Translations under genes and position numbers: made by a program
Part shown: one piece after another, positions 62,084 through 64,000 of the stretch
Layout: each line of letters opens with the position of its first letter
Numbering within the stretch: the stretch's first letter is position 1
Source: Octopus sinensis
Lineage: Eukaryota
DNA: 64,000 nucleotides
Assembly: GCF_006345805.1 (NCBI RefSeq)
Contig: NC_043007.1
Location: 11,222,001-11,286,000 of the forward strand
Direction: 5' to 3'
Notes under the pieces: generated by a model
What the model was told of the DNA's origin: nothing
The model's database searches: none
Seen by the model: only the letters and a program-made list of their open reading frames with translations

Positions 62084-62391
62084 TGGAGGCGCAATGGCCC
62101 AGTGGTTAGGGAAGTGGACTCGCGGTGGTACGATCGTGGTTTTGATTCCCAGACCGGGCGGGGCGTTGTGAGTGTTTATTGAGTGAAAACACCTAAAGCT
62201 CCACGAGGCTCCGGCGGGGAAGCGGGGGGGGGGGGCATCCCTGCTGTACTCTTTCGCCACAACTTTCTCTCACTCTTCCTCTGTTGGCCTGCTTGCTTAG
62301 CCAGCGGGTGGCGTCATTTGAAGGCTAAAACAATGTGCAACATATTGTGACCAGTGATGTGTAGCAACATCTGATAGCCTGGTCAGTCATG

Positions 62392-62395
<4 letters not shown>
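62084..62395 (+). mobile_element. SINE family C variant
   Basis: 5' ~200 bp matches 19932; 3' part differs. Confidence 0.85.
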
Positions 62396-62444
<49 letters not shown>

Positions 62445-62581
62445 TCTCATATGCAATAAAGCAGCCACAATACCAATATATATATATATTCAGCAAAATT
62501 TAGAATTCAAATGATTATGGTACTTAAGTTAGATGTACCAGAATTTTGTATGGTGTTGATGATATATATATATATATATAT

Positions 62582-62885
62582 ATCATCATCATCATCGTTT
62601 AGCGTCCATTTTCCATGCTAGCATGGGTTGGATGGTTCGACTGGGTTCTGGGAAGCCAGAAGGCCGCACCAGGCTCCAGTCTGGTCTGGCAGAGTTTCTA
62701 CAGCTGGATGTCCTTCCTAACGCCAACCACTCCGTGAATGTAGTGGGTGCTTTTTACGTGCCAATCATGGCTGTTGCCAGACGGGGCTGGCAACAGCCAT
62801 GATTGGATGGTGCTTTTTACATGCCACTGGCACGGAAGCCAGTCATGGTGGTGCTGGCACCAGCCACATTCGGATGGTGCTTTTT
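62582..62885 (-). mobile_element. RTE 3'-UTR fragment
   Basis: Reverse complement of the RTE tail with (ATC)n. Confidence 0.85.
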
Positions 62886-63154
62886 ATAATAATAATAATA
62901 ATAATGATAACTTTGAAAAATATATATATATTGGTGGCTGCTTTATTGTGTATGAGTAAAACCATTGCTAAAAAGAATCACTGAAATGAGTTATTGATAA
63001 TGCAATGTGAGGTCCTTATTGCCTAATGCATAATAAAATATAAAAGGAATATATTCTGTTCGTTTTATAGTTTATATTTATTGTTATATTTATGCATATA
63101 TTCATATAGCTTACAGTTCCATTTTGAGTAGGATCAACAAAAGAAGTACTCTAA

Positions 63155-63548
63155 CTGAAAGAAGCCTGTCGTATATATGTATATATATATATGTATGTGT
63201 GTGTGTTTGTATGTCTGTGTTTGTTCCCCTAGCATTGCTTGACAACCGATGCTGATGTGTTTACGTCCCCATCACTTAGTGGTTTGGCAAAAAGAGACTG
63301 ATAAAATAAGTACTTGGCTTACAAAAAGAATAAGTCCCAAAAATTTTACCCAATAATTTGTCGAAAATTTTCACCAAAAATTTTCCGAAAATTTACACTG
63401 AAAATTTTACCCAAAAATGGCTTTCCATACTTTGTGATTTTGGCACCGCTGGCCTTCCATACTTTGTGATTTTGGCACCACTGGCCTTCCATACTTTGTG
63501 AATTTGGCACCGCTGCCCTTCCATAAAAGAGTAAAAGAGTAAAGAGAG
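63155..63548 (+). mobile_element. SINE family A 3' part whose tail is interrupted by other repeats
   Basis: Body to AATAAGTCCC (~63338), foreign segment, then TAAAAGAGTAAAAGAG. Confidence 0.8.
63420..63525. repeat. 32-bp minisatellite x3 (CCTTCCATACTTTGTGATTTTGGCACCGCTGG)
   Basis: Direct reading. Confidence 0.92.
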
Positions 63549-64000
63549 AGCATCCTGTGAGAGATAAATATTTAATATACACAATTTTAAAAAAGGGTTG
63601 CTCATAGTTCCATGCTGTAGAGATACAATAATTTGACAGATTTATATAACATGCCATGTGACTCCAAACAATCTTTCAACCTCAATGCATAAGGTTAGAT
63701 GTATTTAAAAACCAGGACACTGGTCTATGAGAAAACAGGAAAAACAAAAATAAGAAATAAAATCACAAAGAATGTTGATGCAAAAAGTGGAATGAGAAGA
63801 AAGAAAGGAAAGGCGAAAAAGAAAAAACAAGATCTTTGTCCTCTTTGACTGTAGAAGCCATAATTAACATAACTGGTGTTGAATAAAATGACAGAAAGGA
63901 GGTCAAAGTCTGTGAGAGTGTTACTCAGTCCAGAGTGGATTGTGTCTTCCAGTTCAACAAAAATTCGTCCATGTGTTTGCATTTGCTGAAAATTTTGGAT

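Noticed and set aside
63725-64000. 85-aa minus-strand ORF at the window end
   Set aside because: No recognisable domain; runs into a T-rich low-complexity tract

Overview
AT-rich metazoan genomic DNA made almost entirely of transposable elements, SINEs and microsatellites. The SINE/RTE repertoire looks like Octopus or another cephalopod (inference from recall, not a database result). No host protein could be recognised. Main contents: a Neptune-type Penelope-like element (RT + GIY-YIG; start of window) followed by a 2.3-kb CA-rich tract and a ~363-bp satellite spanning a 100-N gap; a near full-length RTE LINE (6.8-10.3 kb) plus several RTE 3' fragments and one internally deleted derivative; R4/Dong-type LINE remnants; a young Mag-like Ty3/Gypsy element with near-identical LTRs, AGTGA TSD, tRNA-Leu PBS and PPT (38332-42872); a Tx1/L1-clade LINE with a 15-bp TSD (43116-47362); a complete mariner inside a SINE and itself holding a CR1 fragment and another repeat; a maT/DD37D-like fragment; a non-autonomous Helitron; MITEs; two long palindromes; and about 30 tRNA-derived SINE copies from at least four families. 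The most notable signal is a short dispersed repeat (two copies, 24.2 kb + and 27.5 kb -) carrying a minimal type I hammerhead ribozyme motif with a palindromic stem III, possibly a Penelope-dependent SINE or retrozyme-like element. A CpG-rich promoter-like segment with two candidate minus-strand exons lies at 51.8-53.2 kb. Many single-base frameshifts in otherwise young elements suggest long-read consensus errors. Boundaries of SINEs and degenerate fragments are approximate.
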